IMG/VR virus record: IMGVR_UViG_3300032303_000410
Coordinates: 1-36,403 of that record
DNA from: a virus
Lineage: Duplodnaviria > Caudoviricetes
Strand: one strand, 5' to 3'
Length of the DNA: 36,403 nt
The translations under genes and the position numbers were made by a program. Below the pieces are notes generated by a model. It was not told where the DNA came from. It did no database searches and saw only the letters and a program-made list of their open reading frames with translations. Shown here one piece after another: positions 26,988 to 36,401 of this stretch. Numbering within the stretch: the stretch's first letter is position 1; each line of letters opens with the position of its first letter.

Positions 26988-29900
26988 TATCCCATTATCG
27001 CATTACTCTTATTATTTTTATTAAGTTCAACTCTAAGCTTACGCATTACTTCTTCTGCTACACCAGTAGCGCTTGCGTTATTACTTGTTATAGGCATATT
27101 TATATTATACACGGTACCGCCAGAATTTGTATTGATATCTGCAGTTCCATTATTAATAGCATTCATTTTTGTAAGTCCATATTGTCCAACAGAAGATGCT
27201 TTAACTACAAACTCTCCATTTGAAACACGTATTGATCCTCCACCTGCATATCCCATAGTTGCTTTAATTGAGTCAGAGCGTCCTGTTCCAGGACCCTTTA
27301 TAAGACCTCCATTAGCCTTCTTAGGCATCTTTGCCTTCTCAGCGCTAGTTAGTTTAGCTCCATCCTTAATAGCACTATATCTTGCCTCAAGTGTAGCAAT
27401 TTCAGCATCTTTTTTCTTTAACTCTGTTTCTTGATTAAATTTCATCTGTACATTTTGTGACTCTTGACCAAACATTGCAGCCTGTATATAGTTACCAGAT
27501 ATCTTTGCTTGAGTTGCTTGATTAGCAAGATCTTGAATCTTCATCTTTAAATCTATTTCTCTTTGTACTTCATCGTTAGCATTCTTTTGTGCATCACGTT
27601 TTGCTTTAAGAGCATCAATTTCTTTTTGAAGTATTTTTAAGTAAGGGTTGTCAGCTTTTGCTCCTGCTCCACCAACCTTTGGATCTATATAATCTTTAGT
27701 AGATAAACCAAGCTCTTTTTTAATTTGGATTTTAGCATCATTTATTTGTTTTATAATTTTAGCAATATCATTTTTTGCATTATACTTACTGATTGCATTA
27801 TCAGGACCAAAAACATCAGGTGAATTAAGTATCTTAAAAGCGCCAGCTAGTCCAACTGCAGCATCTGTTAAACCTAATGCATTTGCTTCTAATATAGTCA
27901 TTCTTTGTGAAGTATCTGTTATTCCAGAAGCTGCGGATTGAACTGATTTTGGTAAAGTTTTAAATACTGCATTAAGTAAAAGAAGTTGTTCTGGTTGTGG
28001 CATTGATTGAATTGTTGAACTAATCCTTGCAAAACCTTGATTAAATTGATCTGCAGATATCTTTCCATTTCGGAACTGTGCAGTTATACCATTCATAAAT
28101 CCAGCAGCTGCGTCTCCTGCTAACTTAAGATTAATTTTAGCATCTTTAGATATTTCATTTACTACGCCACCTGTCCACTGTTTTGTTTTTCCATTAAAAG
28201 AAACAAAATCGCTATAGACTTGAGTAACTCCAGAATCAATTTTCTTTAATATATCTCCAAAGTTCTTATCAAAATTTAATATTCCCTTATCTGTTGTAAG
28301 ATCAATATTAGCAAAATCAAACTTAACATTAGTTTTACCAGACTCTTCTTGAAGTGCTTTTATAATAAGATCTATTTGTTCTTTAGCAAAACCTGAACCT
28401 TGTAGCTGTATTCCAATAGAATCAAAAACCAATTTTGCTTGTTCAGAAGATGCTCTTTTTAATGATGTAATATCATTTTTAAAATCTTTTTGAAAACCCT
28501 TATCTTTTTGTAAAGTATCAATTTGTGATTGCTGTTGTGGGTTTGAACCTGTTGTAGTTCTTGAATCCGTAGATAAATAATCAATCTTTGTTGGTGATAT
28601 ATTAAAGAAATCTCCAAGAGTTTTTAATTTCTTTCCAGATAAAGTTGCTGCATCTCCAAGACCTTCAATAGCAAGTCTTTCTTTTTCTCTTAATGAGTTT
28701 ATTAACTTAAATACTCCATATGTTACTAGTGCAGCTCCTGCTATTAACTTTAGGTGAGGTATAGGAAGTTTAAGTGCCATCTGTAGTGCTTGTAATCCAA
28801 ACGCTATTGGCATTGCCTGTTGTGCAATTTGACCAGCTGGTCCAGGTAAAAATGATCCAGCCATCATTGCTGCAGATGCTGCCATTCCAAGTCCCGCAGT
28901 TTTTCCTGCAAATTTTGAACCAATCTTTGTTGCTGCTCCACGCATTCTAGACATTTTTGAAAGTTGAAGTGGAGTTGTCATTGGTAAAAAATTTGTTCCA
29001 GCTGGGGCTTCAATACCAATAGGTGCTGGACCCATTGATCTTGTAGCAAGACGTCTTGCTTTTACATATGCCTTTGCATCATCTGCTCCATCTTTTGGTG
29101 CTAAGCGATGTGGGCTTTTTCTATCTCTTGATTCAACATAAATATCTTTTAGTCCACTTTTATCCATGCCAACTTTATAGGATGTTCCAATTTTAAGTCC
29201 CGCAAGTTCGGCCTGCTTTTGAAATTCTAAATTAAATGCAGCAATATCGCCTCTAAGTTTTGATAAGGCAATTTTTGCTTGTTCATTCATTTGATTGTAT
29301 ACTGCTGATGCTTCTTGAGATGAAAGTCCAATAGATCCTGCCATTGCATTTGTAATCTTAAATCTTGCATTTTTTTGATAAGGTATATTTTCTGTACCTA
29401 CAGATCTTTCCATTCCAGAATAGTATGCTCCAGATTTTCTATACTTATTATAAGGATCTTTGCTTAAAGCAACTCTAGAGTCATTTCTAGGATCTGTTAC
29501 TGCAGTAATATTTTTCATTCTATCTCTAGCAGATTTTACACGATCATCTGTTTTTGATACTTCTGAGTAAGCATCATTTACTAATTTATCTAAATCTTCT
29601 GCAGTTACTGTTGCTTTATTTCCTAACTTTTTAAATCCATCTTTAATACTAGATGTTACTTTTTTATTTATTGATCTAATTTCTTCAATTGGAACCCCTG
29701 CTGCTTCAAGCTGTCTTTGTAACTCAATATCTCTAGTTGCTGCTCCTGAACCTATAAGGTCTCTTTTTGCTAATGCTATTGGTGCAGTTTTACCAGTACC
29801 AGTTTTTCCAACTGCTCTATTTAATTCTGTAGATGTGCCAATAACCTCATTGCTAAATACTGTAAATACTCTATCTAGCCCACCTTTAACTTCTGTAACC

Positions 29901-32194
29901 ATTTGACGTATTTGTTTTGCAAATGCTGTATCAAGACCCTCAACCATTTGAAGAAGTTCTGATCCAGTTCTATATGAACTTCCACCAAAGTGTGCAGCTG
30001 CAAATCCTCCAGGTATATCAACTGCTGTGCCAGTTCCTAGTCCTTTTCTATAACCAGGAATATTATCAGCAATCATTCCATTTATGAGTCCACCATACTT
30101 TTTGCTCATTTTAGTTGGAATTACTGTTTCTCCAGGCATTAAGAGTGTTAATTCTGAATCTTTATTTCCTGTACCGCCAACTATTGAAGGTTTGCCTTTT
30201 GCTCTTTTCTTAAGTGGACCACGACCTAAAGGTATTCCAGTAGGCATAAAGTTTTTTTGTGCAGCAATAGATCTAGCATATGCTGCAGTTAATTTATCTA
30301 CTGCAGATGCTTCTGCTGTAAATGTTTGTGCAAGATTATTATGAACTTGATCTAAAGATGATGCAACAGCTGCTGCATTTCTTTGCTCAAGTGTCATATA
30401 TCTAACTTCAGTTCCAAGTGTTGCAGATGATTCACCAGTTTTATTGAATAAAGTTTTTACTGCTGTAAAACCTTTAATAATATTAGCAATACCGTTAGCA
30501 AGCAAACCAAAAGTCATAAGTAAAACTGGACCTAATCCAGCAATTATAGTTGTTAAAAGTACAATCGTCTTTTTTGTACCAGATCCAAGATTATTAAATT
30601 TATCTAGTATATTAGAAACAAATTCTGCAATTGGAGTTACAGCTTTTAAGAATTCTTCGCCAACTGGTACTAAAGAAAGTTTTAAGTTTTCAATAGAAGC
30701 TTTAAATTTATTCATTGCAGAATCTGCAGTAATACCTAATTCTTTTTCTGATAATCCAGCTAAATCTTGGACTGATGCTCCAGCAAGATCAAGAACTTTA
30801 GATGCTTGCGTTCCTTGTGCTGTAACATTTTGCATAAGGGTTGAAATACGAGCAAATTGAAACTTTCCAAACATTTGCTCAATTGCTTGCGCTCTATTAA
30901 GTGGATCAAGCTGATTTAAAGCTGTTGCAAAATCAATAACTGTCTTCTTTAGATCTCCACGGTTATCAACAACAATCTTCTTAATATTAATGCCAAATCC
31001 AGCAAGCATTGCTGATGCTTTAGCTGTTGGATTAATCATAGATGCTAAACCAGACTTTAGTGCATTTGCACCTTCTGATGCATTAATACCACCCTGCTTC
31101 ATTGCAGTCAAGAAGAATGCAAGATCTTTTACATTTCCACCAAGCTGCTTAACAACAGGTGCTGCTTTTGGAATTGCAGTTGTAACATCATCTAAAGAAA
31201 GAACTGTCTGGTTTTCTACAGCATTTAAAAAGTTAATGTTGTCTGCTAAATCAGAGCTAGCTATACCAAATGCATTTTGTAACGCAATTGTTGTTTCAAG
31301 AGATTTCTGATTATCAATTTGACCAAGAATAGAAAGTCTAGTTGCAGCTGTTGTTTGGTTTTGTAAATCTACACCCTTAAAGCCTGCTGCTGCTGCATCT
31401 GCTGCTAATCCAACTGTTGATGATACAGCAACACCATATTTTGTGAATTCTTTTCCAAGATTTTTAATGCTATCTAATGCTGCTATTGATTCTGATTGTG
31501 GTGTAAATATATCTCCATATACCTTTTTAAATCTAATGGCTTGTGTTTCCATGTCCATAAATGTTTTTGCAGCAGCAGAACCAACTGTTATTAATGGTAC
31601 TGTAAAACCAACCATAAGCTGACGACCAGCCCATTGTGTATTTTTACCAAAATTTAAAAGGTTTGTAGATCCTTGCTTTAACAACTGATTAAGTATTGCT
31701 TGTTTTTCAGAAGCAATCATTGTTTTTGTTGCAAGATCATTCATATCAAGAGATAGAGGTCTTACAGCAATTGCCTTCATTGAGCCATTAGCATCACGGC
31801 CTAACTTAATATATTGTGTTTGAAGGTCTTTTACATTTTCTCTGGCAACTTTATTGATTGTGTCAAATTCAGTCTTAAAAAGTTTACCAAATGACTTAGA
31901 GGCTCCTCCAGCATATCTGAAGTACTCGCCCATTGAGAACTTGTTTTTTTCTAATGAATTAGTAAACGATTCAGTAGTTGTTTTAATTGTTTTCATTTGG
32001 GCAGAGAATTTGCCCGTAGCATTAACCGAATTAATTAGTGTTTGTTGCATCTGAGAAGTAACTGCATTAGCTGCAGCACCGCTCTTAGCCATAGAGGTAT
32101 GAAAGGCTGATATCTGTCTCTGTAAGTTTTTGATACTAGCAAGTGCTTCAGTAGTATCAATACTTACTTTAATATTGGACTGAGTATCAGCCAT
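26987..32194 (-). CDS. Tape measure protein
   Basis: 1735 aa, Ala/Gly/Lys-rich helical protein; TP901-like core (GINASEGANALKS..., AIEQMFGK); hydrophobic segments; C-terminal ANGG.I.GPGTGRSDSI...SNGEFV; follows the tail chaperones. Confidence 0.93.
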   Translation of the reverse strand: MADTQSNIKVSIDTTEALASIKNLQRQISAFHTSMAKSGAAANAVTSQMQQTLINSVNATGKFSAQMKTIKTTTESFTNSLEKNKFSMGEYFRYAGGASKSFGKLFKTEFDTINKVARENVKDLQTQYIKLGRDANGSMKAIAVRPLSLDMNDLATKTMIASEKQAILNQLLKQGSTNLLNFGKNTQWAGRQLMVGFTVPLITVGSAAAKTFMDMETQAIRFKKVYGDIFTPQSESIAALDSIKNLGKEFTKYGVAVSSTVGLAADAAAAGFKGVDLQNQTTAATRLSILGQIDNQKSLETTIALQNAFGIASSDLADNINFLNAVENQTVLSLDDVTTAIPKAAPVVKQLGGNVKDLAFFLTAMKQGGINASEGANALKSGLASMINPTAKASAMLAGFGINIKKIVVDNRGDLKKTVIDFATALNQLDPLNRAQAIEQMFGKFQFARISTLMQNVTAQGTQASKVLDLAGASVQDLAGLSEKELGITADSAMNKFKASIENLKLSLVPVGEEFLKAVTPIAEFVSNILDKFNNLGSGTKKTIVLLTTIIAGLGPVLLMTFGLLANGIANIIKGFTAVKTLFNKTGESSATLGTEVRYMTLEQRNAAAVASSLDQVHNNLAQTFTAEASAVDKLTAAYARSIAAQKNFMPTGIPLGRGPLKKRAKGKPSIVGGTGNKDSELTLLMPGETVIPTKMSKKYGGLINGMIADNIPGYRKGLGTGTAVDIPGGFAAAHFGGSSYRTGSELLQMVEGLDTAFAKQIRQMVTEVKGGLDRVFTVFSNEVIGTSTELNRAVGKTGTGKTAPIALAKRDLIGSGAATRDIELQRQLEAAGVPIEEIRSINKKVTSSIKDGFKKLGNKATVTAEDLDKLVNDAYSEVSKTDDRVKSARDRMKNITAVTDPRNDSRVALSKDPYNKYRKSGAYYSGMERSVGTENIPYQKNARFKITNAMAGSIGLSSQEASAVYNQMNEQAKIALSKLRGDIAAFNLEFQKQAELAGLKIGTSYKVGMDKSGLKDIYVESRDRKSPHRLAPKDGADDAKAYVKARRLATRSMGPAPIGIEAPAGTNFLPMTTPLQLSKMSRMRGAATKIGSKFAGKTAGLGMAASAAMMAGSFLPGPAGQIAQQAMPIAFGLQALQMALKLPIPHLKLIAGAALVTYGVFKLINSLREKERLAIEGLGDAATLSGKKLKTLGDFFNISPTKIDYLSTDSRTTTGSNPQQQSQIDTLQKDKGFQKDFKNDITSLKRASSEQAKLVFDSIGIQLQGSGFAKEQIDLIIKALQEESGKTNVKFDFANIDLTTDKGILNFDKNFGDILKKIDSGVTQVYSDFVSFNGKTKQWTGGVVNEISKDAKINLKLAGDAAAGFMNGITAQFRNGKISADQFNQGFARISSTIQSMPQPEQLLLLNAVFKTLPKSVQSAASGITDTSQRMTILEANALGLTDAAVGLAGAFKILNSPDVFGPDNAISKYNAKNDIAKIIKQINDAKIQIKKELGLSTKDYIDPKVGGAGAKADNPYLKILQKEIDALKAKRDAQKNANDEVQREIDLKMKIQDLANQATQAKISGNYIQAAMFGQESQNVQMKFNQETELKKKDAEIATLEARYSAIKDGAKLTSAEKAKMPKKANGGLIKGPGTGRSDSIKATMGYAGGGSIRVSNGEFVVKASSVGQYGLTKMNAINNGTADINTNSGGTVYNINMPITSNNASATGVAEEVMRKLRVELNKNNKSNAIMG

Positions 32195-32218
32195 TCACTT
32201 TACCTCTTTATTTAGTTA

Positions 32219-32545
32219 TTATTCTTCGTTACCGCTAAAAATTGTTGCTGCGTCAGATAGTTTGATTCCTGATGCTGTTTCAACAATTTCATAAACGGTA
32301 GGCAAGTCAATAATCTCTTCCAGTGCAGCAAGGTCTCCTGCTAGCTCTGGCTTATATTGTTCCATTGCGATTAGTACACACTCCATTAGTAGGTTGATTG
32401 ACTTATCGTTATCATCTACTACTGCTGCAATACCCTCAAACTTTTTCATAAACTTTCGTAAAAGTGAAATCTTAAGTGGTCTTAAGGTTATTTCTGTACC
32501 ATCAATTAGACTGATCTTATGCGCTTCGTGCACAGTTGTTGCCAT
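32219..32545 (-). CDS. Tail assembly chaperone, short (G-like) form
   Basis: Between major tail and tape measure genes; paralogous to the N-terminus of 32596-33312; ATG 32545 with SD GGGAGG. Confidence 0.75.
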   Translation of the reverse strand: MATTVHEAHKISLIDGTEITLRPLKISLLRKFMKKFEGIAAVVDDNDKSINLLMECVLIAMEQYKPELAGDLAALEEIIDLPTVYEIVETASGIKLSDAATIFSGNEE

Positions 32546-32569
32546 GTTGATCCCTCCCATAGGTTTAGA

Positions 32570-32581
32570 TCAATTATAGCA
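32570..32581 (-). promoter_or_regulatory. Extended -10 promoter TGCTATAATTGA
   Basis: Intergenic, between the two chaperone genes. Confidence 0.7.
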
Positions 32582-32595
32582 TAATAACGCTTATT

Positions 32596-33312
32596 TTATA
32601 TCATAAGATTTGGGTCTCTGGTGTCTTCATAATCAAGACCCATTCCAATACCAAACCCTGCCCTTGTTGCATTTTGTCCTTGTAATGCAAGAATATCATT
32701 ACTGTCGTTTGTTGCTCCACCACTAAATACTCTTGCTTTTAAATCTTCCCATTCTTTTTGACCACGGTCTTTGCTGCTAGAATCTTCCAGATCAACGCCT
32801 TGAATTGCTGCAAAAAACTTTTTCTCTTGATAGTCTAGATCTCTCTTGCTAGATATAATTGCCATTATCTCTGACAAGGATAGTGACTCTTCTAACTCAT
32901 TATAGTCTTTCCATATACCCAGCAAAAATACTTCAGACTCTATCTTTGCTAAATCAAAGTCTTCCCATGAAGGGCCTGGGTCGCCTTTCTGTGCTTGTGT
33001 CTTTACATCTTCTTCTGAGTCTTCACCAATTTTAATGTTTCCTGCTAAATCTAATATCTCATGGACTGTTGGCAAATCTATATTATTCTCAAGATCTTCT
33101 ATATTCTTTGATATTTCTGGAAAGTATTGCTTCATGGCTACTCTTGTACATTCTAGTAAAACTAGCATTGCTTCATCGTCATTTTTTGTATTTTTGATGG
33201 TATCAAATACGTCCATAAACTCTCTTAGATACTTTATCTTAAGAGGCATTATCTCTATCTCTGTACCGTCAAATAAATAGATGCGCTTTGTTTTATATAT
33301 TTTAGTTGCCAT
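32596..33312 (-). CDS. Tail assembly chaperone, long (GT-like) form
   Basis: N-terminal ~95 aa paralogous to the short chaperone, then an acidic linker, then a second domain (WEDFDL...EVFLLGIWKDYNELEESLSL...FFAAIQGVDL). Confidence 0.72.
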   Translation of the reverse strand: MATKIYKTKRIYLFDGTEIEIMPLKIKYLREFMDVFDTIKNTKNDDEAMLVLLECTRVAMKQYFPEISKNIEDLENNIDLPTVHEILDLAGNIKIGEDSEEDVKTQAQKGDPGPSWEDFDLAKIESEVFLLGIWKDYNELEESLSLSEIMAIISSKRDLDYQEKKFFAAIQGVDLEDSSSKDRGQKEWEDLKARVFSGGATNDSNDILALQGQNATRAGFGIGMGLDYEDTRDPNLMI

Positions 33313-33321
33313 TATGTATTA

Positions 33322-33330
33322 AGTTTACCA
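33322..33330 (-). promoter_or_regulatory. Extended -10 promoter TGGTAAACT, probably giving a (near-)leaderless mRNA
   Basis: -10 ends 9 nt before ATG 33312; no SD in between. Confidence 0.5.
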
Positions 33331-33331
33331 C

Positions 33332-33367
33332 AAAAACAACAAAGCCCACCTCGTTATGAGATGGGCT
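33332..33367 (-). terminator. Rho-independent terminator after the major tail gene
   Basis: Minus strand AGCCCATCTC-ATAAC-GAGGTGGGCT stem-loop (one G.U pair) followed by TTGTTGTTTTT. Confidence 0.8.
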
Positions 33368-33389
33368 AAGTCGTATTATTAAGTTGTTG

Positions 33390-34025
33390 TTATGAAGCTG
33401 TTGTAAAGGTACGATCCACTATCTTGCCATATGAGGCAGTAGCGTCATCTGGAAGAAGACGGAATGTAACTTCAAACATTGAAGCCGCATCGCGCTTTGC
33501 AGATACTGTTACGTTTTCAATTGAAAGTGCACGGTATGCTGAATAAACTCGTTCTGTGTTTGCAGCAACTGCTGCATTTCCACTTCCTGGGCCTACTGCA
33601 ACGATACCACGCTCTAATGCAACATCGCCAATGTCTCCTGCAGAAAGGTCAAGTGCACGACCTGCAGAACTTGTTTTACTTCCTGCTAACTTTGATTCTG
33701 AATATGCGAGAGCCAATAGAAGGTTCTCCAGTGTTGCTTCAGCAAATGCTGTAGCAAGTGTAACTTTCATTCCTTGCTTATAAAGCTTAGCAACGTCAAG
33801 AACTTGGTCAACCTGTACTTCGCCGAAGTCAGGCTGGAACTGTAATTCAAGACCATTCATGGTGTATCCTACGTTAGTATAATCTGCATCATTAGCTAAA
33901 GTTGTCTTCATTGATGCGCTTGATACTGGCGTTTCCAGCGTAGCTGGAGTTAGGACTGTGTCTGCAACAAAAAATGCTGCTGCTCCAACAATAATATTGT
34001 TAGACGTTCCACGTGTATATGCCAT
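33390..34025 (-). CDS. Major tail protein
   Basis: 211 aa; NIIVGAA, VGYTMNGLEL.F.P....V.VDQ, AEATLENL motifs; strong SD AGAGGTGA; followed by terminator and chaperones. Confidence 0.85.
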   Translation of the reverse strand: MAYTRGTSNNIIVGAAAFFVADTVLTPATLETPVSSASMKTTLANDADYTNVGYTMNGLELQFQPDFGEVQVDQVLDVAKLYKQGMKVTLATAFAEATLENLLLALAYSESKLAGSKTSSAGRALDLSAGDIGDVALERGIVAVGPGSGNAAVAANTERVYSAYRALSIENVTVSAKRDAASMFEVTFRLLPDDATASYGKIVDRTFTTAS

Positions 34026-34085
34026 TTATTTCACCTCTTTCTGTAAAAATAGATATTAATTTGTACGGCGTTGTGTTTCCTCAAG

Positions 34086-34097
34086 TCAATTATAACA
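34086..34097 (-). promoter_or_regulatory. Extended -10 promoter TGTTATAATTGA
   Basis: Intergenic, upstream of the major tail gene. Confidence 0.68.
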
Positions 34098-34112
34098 GTC
34101 TTTTAAAGGGTC

Positions 34113-34718
34113 TTAAATCTGACGCTTAGAAGCCAAAAACTCTGGAGCCCAGTTAGACCTCATTACAGAGTCATTTCCATTAGCATCAAGAACTGGCTGT
34201 TGATGGTAGTCAAAATCAATAATAATCTTATTACCACCGTAGGTACGGGCGGTGCCAAAGTCTATAATATCTCTGGTCTCTTCAAGCTGATAAACCTTAA
34301 AATTATGAAAATAGAAGATATTGTCAACATACTCAGGAACTCCAGCAGTTCCAACATTTATCTGTGTATTGGAGCACCAGTTATTGATTTCTTCTGCGCT
34401 TTCATCAAAACGGTCCATAAGTCTTAGGACTGCCTCTTGTATTTTTACCATGTTTTCTATGCTATTTTCTGCTGTTGCATAAAAGTAATACAGGAGCTGT
34501 TCACACTTTATGTGTGGGAAACCTTTACGGTTCATCTTAATTAGTCTGTCCCATGTACCCATTGCTCCACCTGCTGGAAAAGATCCTGTTAGATCATCCA
34601 GAATAGATGGTGTTGAAGGAAACAATGGAACCTCAATATTTGTCAATAGTGGTATCTGTGATTCAAGATACTTGTTAATCCAGAGAACTGGTGTATTTAA
34701 TAGATTGTCATTCGCCAT
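34113..34718 (-). CDS. Probable tail terminator / neck protein
   Basis: Position immediately upstream of the major tail gene; size fits. Confidence 0.5.
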   Translation of the reverse strand: MANDNLLNTPVLWINKYLESQIPLLTNIEVPLFPSTPSILDDLTGSFPAGGAMGTWDRLIKMNRKGFPHIKCEQLLYYFYATAENSIENMVKIQEAVLRLMDRFDESAEEINNWCSNTQINVGTAGVPEYVDNIFYFHNFKVYQLEETRDIIDFGTARTYGGNKIIIDFDYHQQPVLDANGNDSVMRSNWAPEFLASKRQI

Positions 34719-35389
34719 TATCTAAGCCCCGCATTCGCTATCCATTTATATCCTACTTGTAGTCCTTTTGATCTACCAATCTTTTTACCTGATGATAAGT
34801 TTTTTGAGTATACCGTTGGATTATTAAAATATTGAAGGATACCGCTTGATGATAAAAATGCTTGTGTAAAGTATCTATTAAAAAATGTATTTACTACTCT
34901 TTCAAAAGATCCTTCAACCTGATTTCCACCAGGGTTTGCTATTACAACCTTGCCTTTAGTGAAGACTGTATCTCCACCATCTTCAAAAACCAAGACGCTT
35001 GACTTCTTTGGTTTGATGGTTACTGGAGTTCCTTCTTCCATTATTTTAGCCTTATTATAAAAGGGTACTGATGAGCCATCTTTAATTGATGTTGATTGCT
35101 TCACGGTTGACACAAACGAAAGGCCAAGGTTGCTTATAGTGTAGTTTATATCATATAGTCTTGCATCAGGACTTCCCACTTTATACCATTCATATATATG
35201 GTGTAGTGCTTTTGGATTTACCCTTGCATTTGAGTCAATGTATTCTTCTAAAAGCTCTTTTGTTAATACTCCAACATTGTTTAAAAACTTAATTTTTCCT
35301 GTTTGAACGCCTTCTAAAAATCCAACTGAGTAATCAATAATATTTTTCATATCTTTTCTAAACATGGCATCATTCATCATAACTTTCAT
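34718..35389 (-). CDS. Probable neck / tail completion protein
   Basis: Synteny; KA.IME.G motif reminiscent of HK97 gp10-like proteins. Confidence 0.5.
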   Translation of the reverse strand: MKVMMNDAMFRKDMKNIIDYSVGFLEGVQTGKIKFLNNVGVLTKELLEEYIDSNARVNPKALHHIYEWYKVGSPDARLYDINYTISNLGLSFVSTVKQSTSIKDGSSVPFYNKAKIMEEGTPVTIKPKKSSVLVFEDGGDTVFTKGKVVIANPGGNQVEGSFERVVNTFFNRYFTQAFLSSSGILQYFNNPTVYSKNLSSGKKIGRSKGLQVGYKWIANAGLR

Positions 35390-35835
35390 TATAAGTCACT
35401 TGCCTGATTCTCTGATCGTTTAATTACAACCTTGTGATATTCAACACTACCAAAGGGACCAATAACAGGCTCTAGCGTAGCTATTTCAAATATTGTTGAT
35501 CTACCATTTCTTGCTCCAGAAGTTTCAACATATACGGCATCTTGCTGTGCTGTTCTAATGTTTGTAAGCAAAACATTAGTTACTGCATTTCGTGAATTAT
35601 TTAAGCTAACTCTAATATCTGATCTAACTCTTCCAAGCAATATATTATCTTTTGTTATGTTGACATTTGGTACTACTTCTTCTTTACCTGCTCTGCCAAA
35701 TGATGCAAAATTACAAGCAATAGATCTATCAAGAATCCACTGCTTTTTTACGTTACCGTATGCCCCTTGTTCAACAACTGGATAGTAAACGTCTACAAGT
35801 AATGGATAGATAAAGTCTGTTGTTTCGCATTGCAT
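35389..35835 (-). CDS. Probable head-closure (stopper) protein
   Basis: Synteny; beta-rich with GAYGN near the N-terminus; TGATG coupling gives ATG 35835. Confidence 0.5.
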   Translation of the reverse strand: MQCETTDFIYPLLVDVYYPVVEQGAYGNVKKQWILDRSIACNFASFGRAGKEEVVPNVNITKDNILLGRVRSDIRVSLNNSRNAVTNVLLTNIRTAQQDAVYVETSGARNGRSTIFEIATLEPVIGPFGSVEYHKVVIKRSENQASDL

Positions 35836-36401
35836 CAAATTAGACCTATTTTAGTTATATTCTTCTTGTACTTTTGAAGGATTTTATCAACGATCATGTT
35901 ACCAGTGCCATCAAACATCATCTTATCAAATTGAATTTTAAATTGATCAGTGTTATATGATGTCACGTATCTCTTGTAGTAATCTAGTTTTCCACACTTT
36001 AAATCATCAATTAGTAGTTTTGTAGCATATTCAATATCTGGTGGTACAGCTTTATATCCTATATCTAATACAAATATATAATCATATCCCATTGGAAAAG
36101 CTACTGCAGAATAACCATAAAAAGCTATATTTCCAGGTGAAACTGGAAGCATAATTTGTTTTGCTTCTGCACGATTATAGGTGTCTGATTCAACTCTCTG
36201 AATAGCTGAGTTATCAAGTGTAACTATATAATCATAGTCTCCTATAGTTGTATCACTAACATCGTAGACAAGTTCATTATTTTGATAAACTTTTAAAACT
36301 CTGTTTAAATCTTCCCATATTGGAAAATAATCTGATCCTAAACCAGTTGTTTGAACGATATGCTTTTCATTATAAAAACCATCTACAATCTGTGAATCAA
36401 T
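35835..36401 (-). CDS. Probable head-to-tail adaptor (5' end outside the window)
   Basis: Frame is open from 36401 (IDSQIVDGFYNEKH...), extending the track ORF; GY..VP.DI..A motif typical of head-tail connectors. Confidence 0.6.
   Translation of the reverse strand: MDSQIVDGFYNEKHIVQTTGLGSDYFPIWEDLNRVLKVYQNNELVYDVSDTTIGDYDYIVTLDNSAIQRVESDTYNRAEAKQIMLPVSPGNIAFYGYSAVAFPMGYDYIFVLDIGYKAVPPDIEYATKLLIDDLKCGKLDYYKRYVTSYNTDQFKIQFDKMMFDGTGNMIVDKILQKYKKNITKIGLI

Noticed and set aside
32219-33312. Programmed frameshift joining the chaperone ORFs
   Set aside because: The ORFs do not overlap, are separated by a promoter and SD, and are paralogues rather than two halves of one protein.
953-35785. All other plus-strand ORFs and nested alternative-frame minus-strand ORFs in the track
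   Set aside because: They overlap well-supported minus-strand genes, have no recognisable motifs, and are expected from codon bias.
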